Below the pieces are notes generated by a model. That model was not told the origin of the DNA. It searched no databases and saw nothing but the letters and a program-made list of their open reading frames with translations. A DNA stretch of 62,011 nt, counting the filler, from Sphacelaria rigidula (Eukaryota): assembly GCA_964200075.2 (NCBI GenBank). It is 4 parts of 4 records of this genome, joined end to end, with 100 filler letters (N's around TTAATTAATTAA, not from the genome) between each part and the next. Parts side by side here need not be neighbours in the genome. Positions count along the whole stretch, not along the records: positions 46,585 to 62,011 come from CAXNAA020001751.1; 3 more parts are not named here. The stretch is one strand, 5' to 3'. How positions within the stretch are numbered: position 1 is the first letter of the stretch; each line of letters starts with the position of its first letter. Below, piece after piece: positions 61,530 to 62,011 of the stretch. The translations under genes and the position numbers were made by a program.

Positions 61530-62011
61530 GAGGTCATGTACGAGCATTGACGTACACTCCTAGAAGAGTACGAGGCGTTTGATATTTTTGCAACGGCAGC
61601 AGAAGACAGACTCGTGACAGCACAAGGCGTGCGTACTGCCGCCCCAAGCTGCTGAAGCAACTTCGCACGGGGTTTGACAAGCGGATGATAAGTGCTGACG
61701 CCATACCCTACGGCGATAGTTATATTTTATACTGCGCTGCGCTGCCACATGCATCACTATAACGAACGCTACTGTACTCTCCTAGCTGTTTTCGCTGTGC
61801 TTGAGGGGTGATGTGCGGAACTGCACTTTTGAACTCTGCTCGCGCACTATTTGTTATCTGTTCTCGCAATACCGACTGTGCCATCATGTACTACCACAAG
61901 GCATTACCATGTACTGTACTGATGAAGTGTCCTATACCTGATTACCCTAGAACAGCCGATTTTATATTTTGGGGTTCATACAAAATATGGGGCTGAAGTG
62001 GCATATCTGTC

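Overview
Eukaryotic, intron-rich, repeat-dense DNA (about 50% GC) that most resembles a brown alga (Phaeophyceae, Ectocarpus-like). This assignment is inferred from exon/intron style and repeat types and was not checked by a search. The window is not one locus. It consists of four segments of 15,428, 15,428, 15,428 and 15,427 bp, joined by identical 100-bp N44-TTAATTAATTAA-N44 linkers, which look like concatenated size-sorted contigs. Segment 1 has a spliced DOT1-like methyltransferase gene (minus), a Copia pol remnant, SINEs and fold-back MITEs. Segment 2 has a spliced gene with an ELL-like N-terminal domain plus a possible quasi-RRM, a nested SINE/MITE cluster, and a Harbinger-type MITE with a TGA TSD. 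Segment 3 has a small two-exon LRR protein with a Cys-rich cap, a Ty3/Gypsy RT remnant, a 629-codon low-complexity ORF and a truncated gene. Segment 4 has a hAT-like remnant, an RTE LINE with an inverted 5' part, a membrane-protein first exon and CAG/CTG fold-back elements. I found no prokaryote-type system (CRISPR, operon) and no intact autonomous element. The best leads are the DOT1-like gene, the ELL-like fusion, the inverted LINE and a structured repeat present four times.
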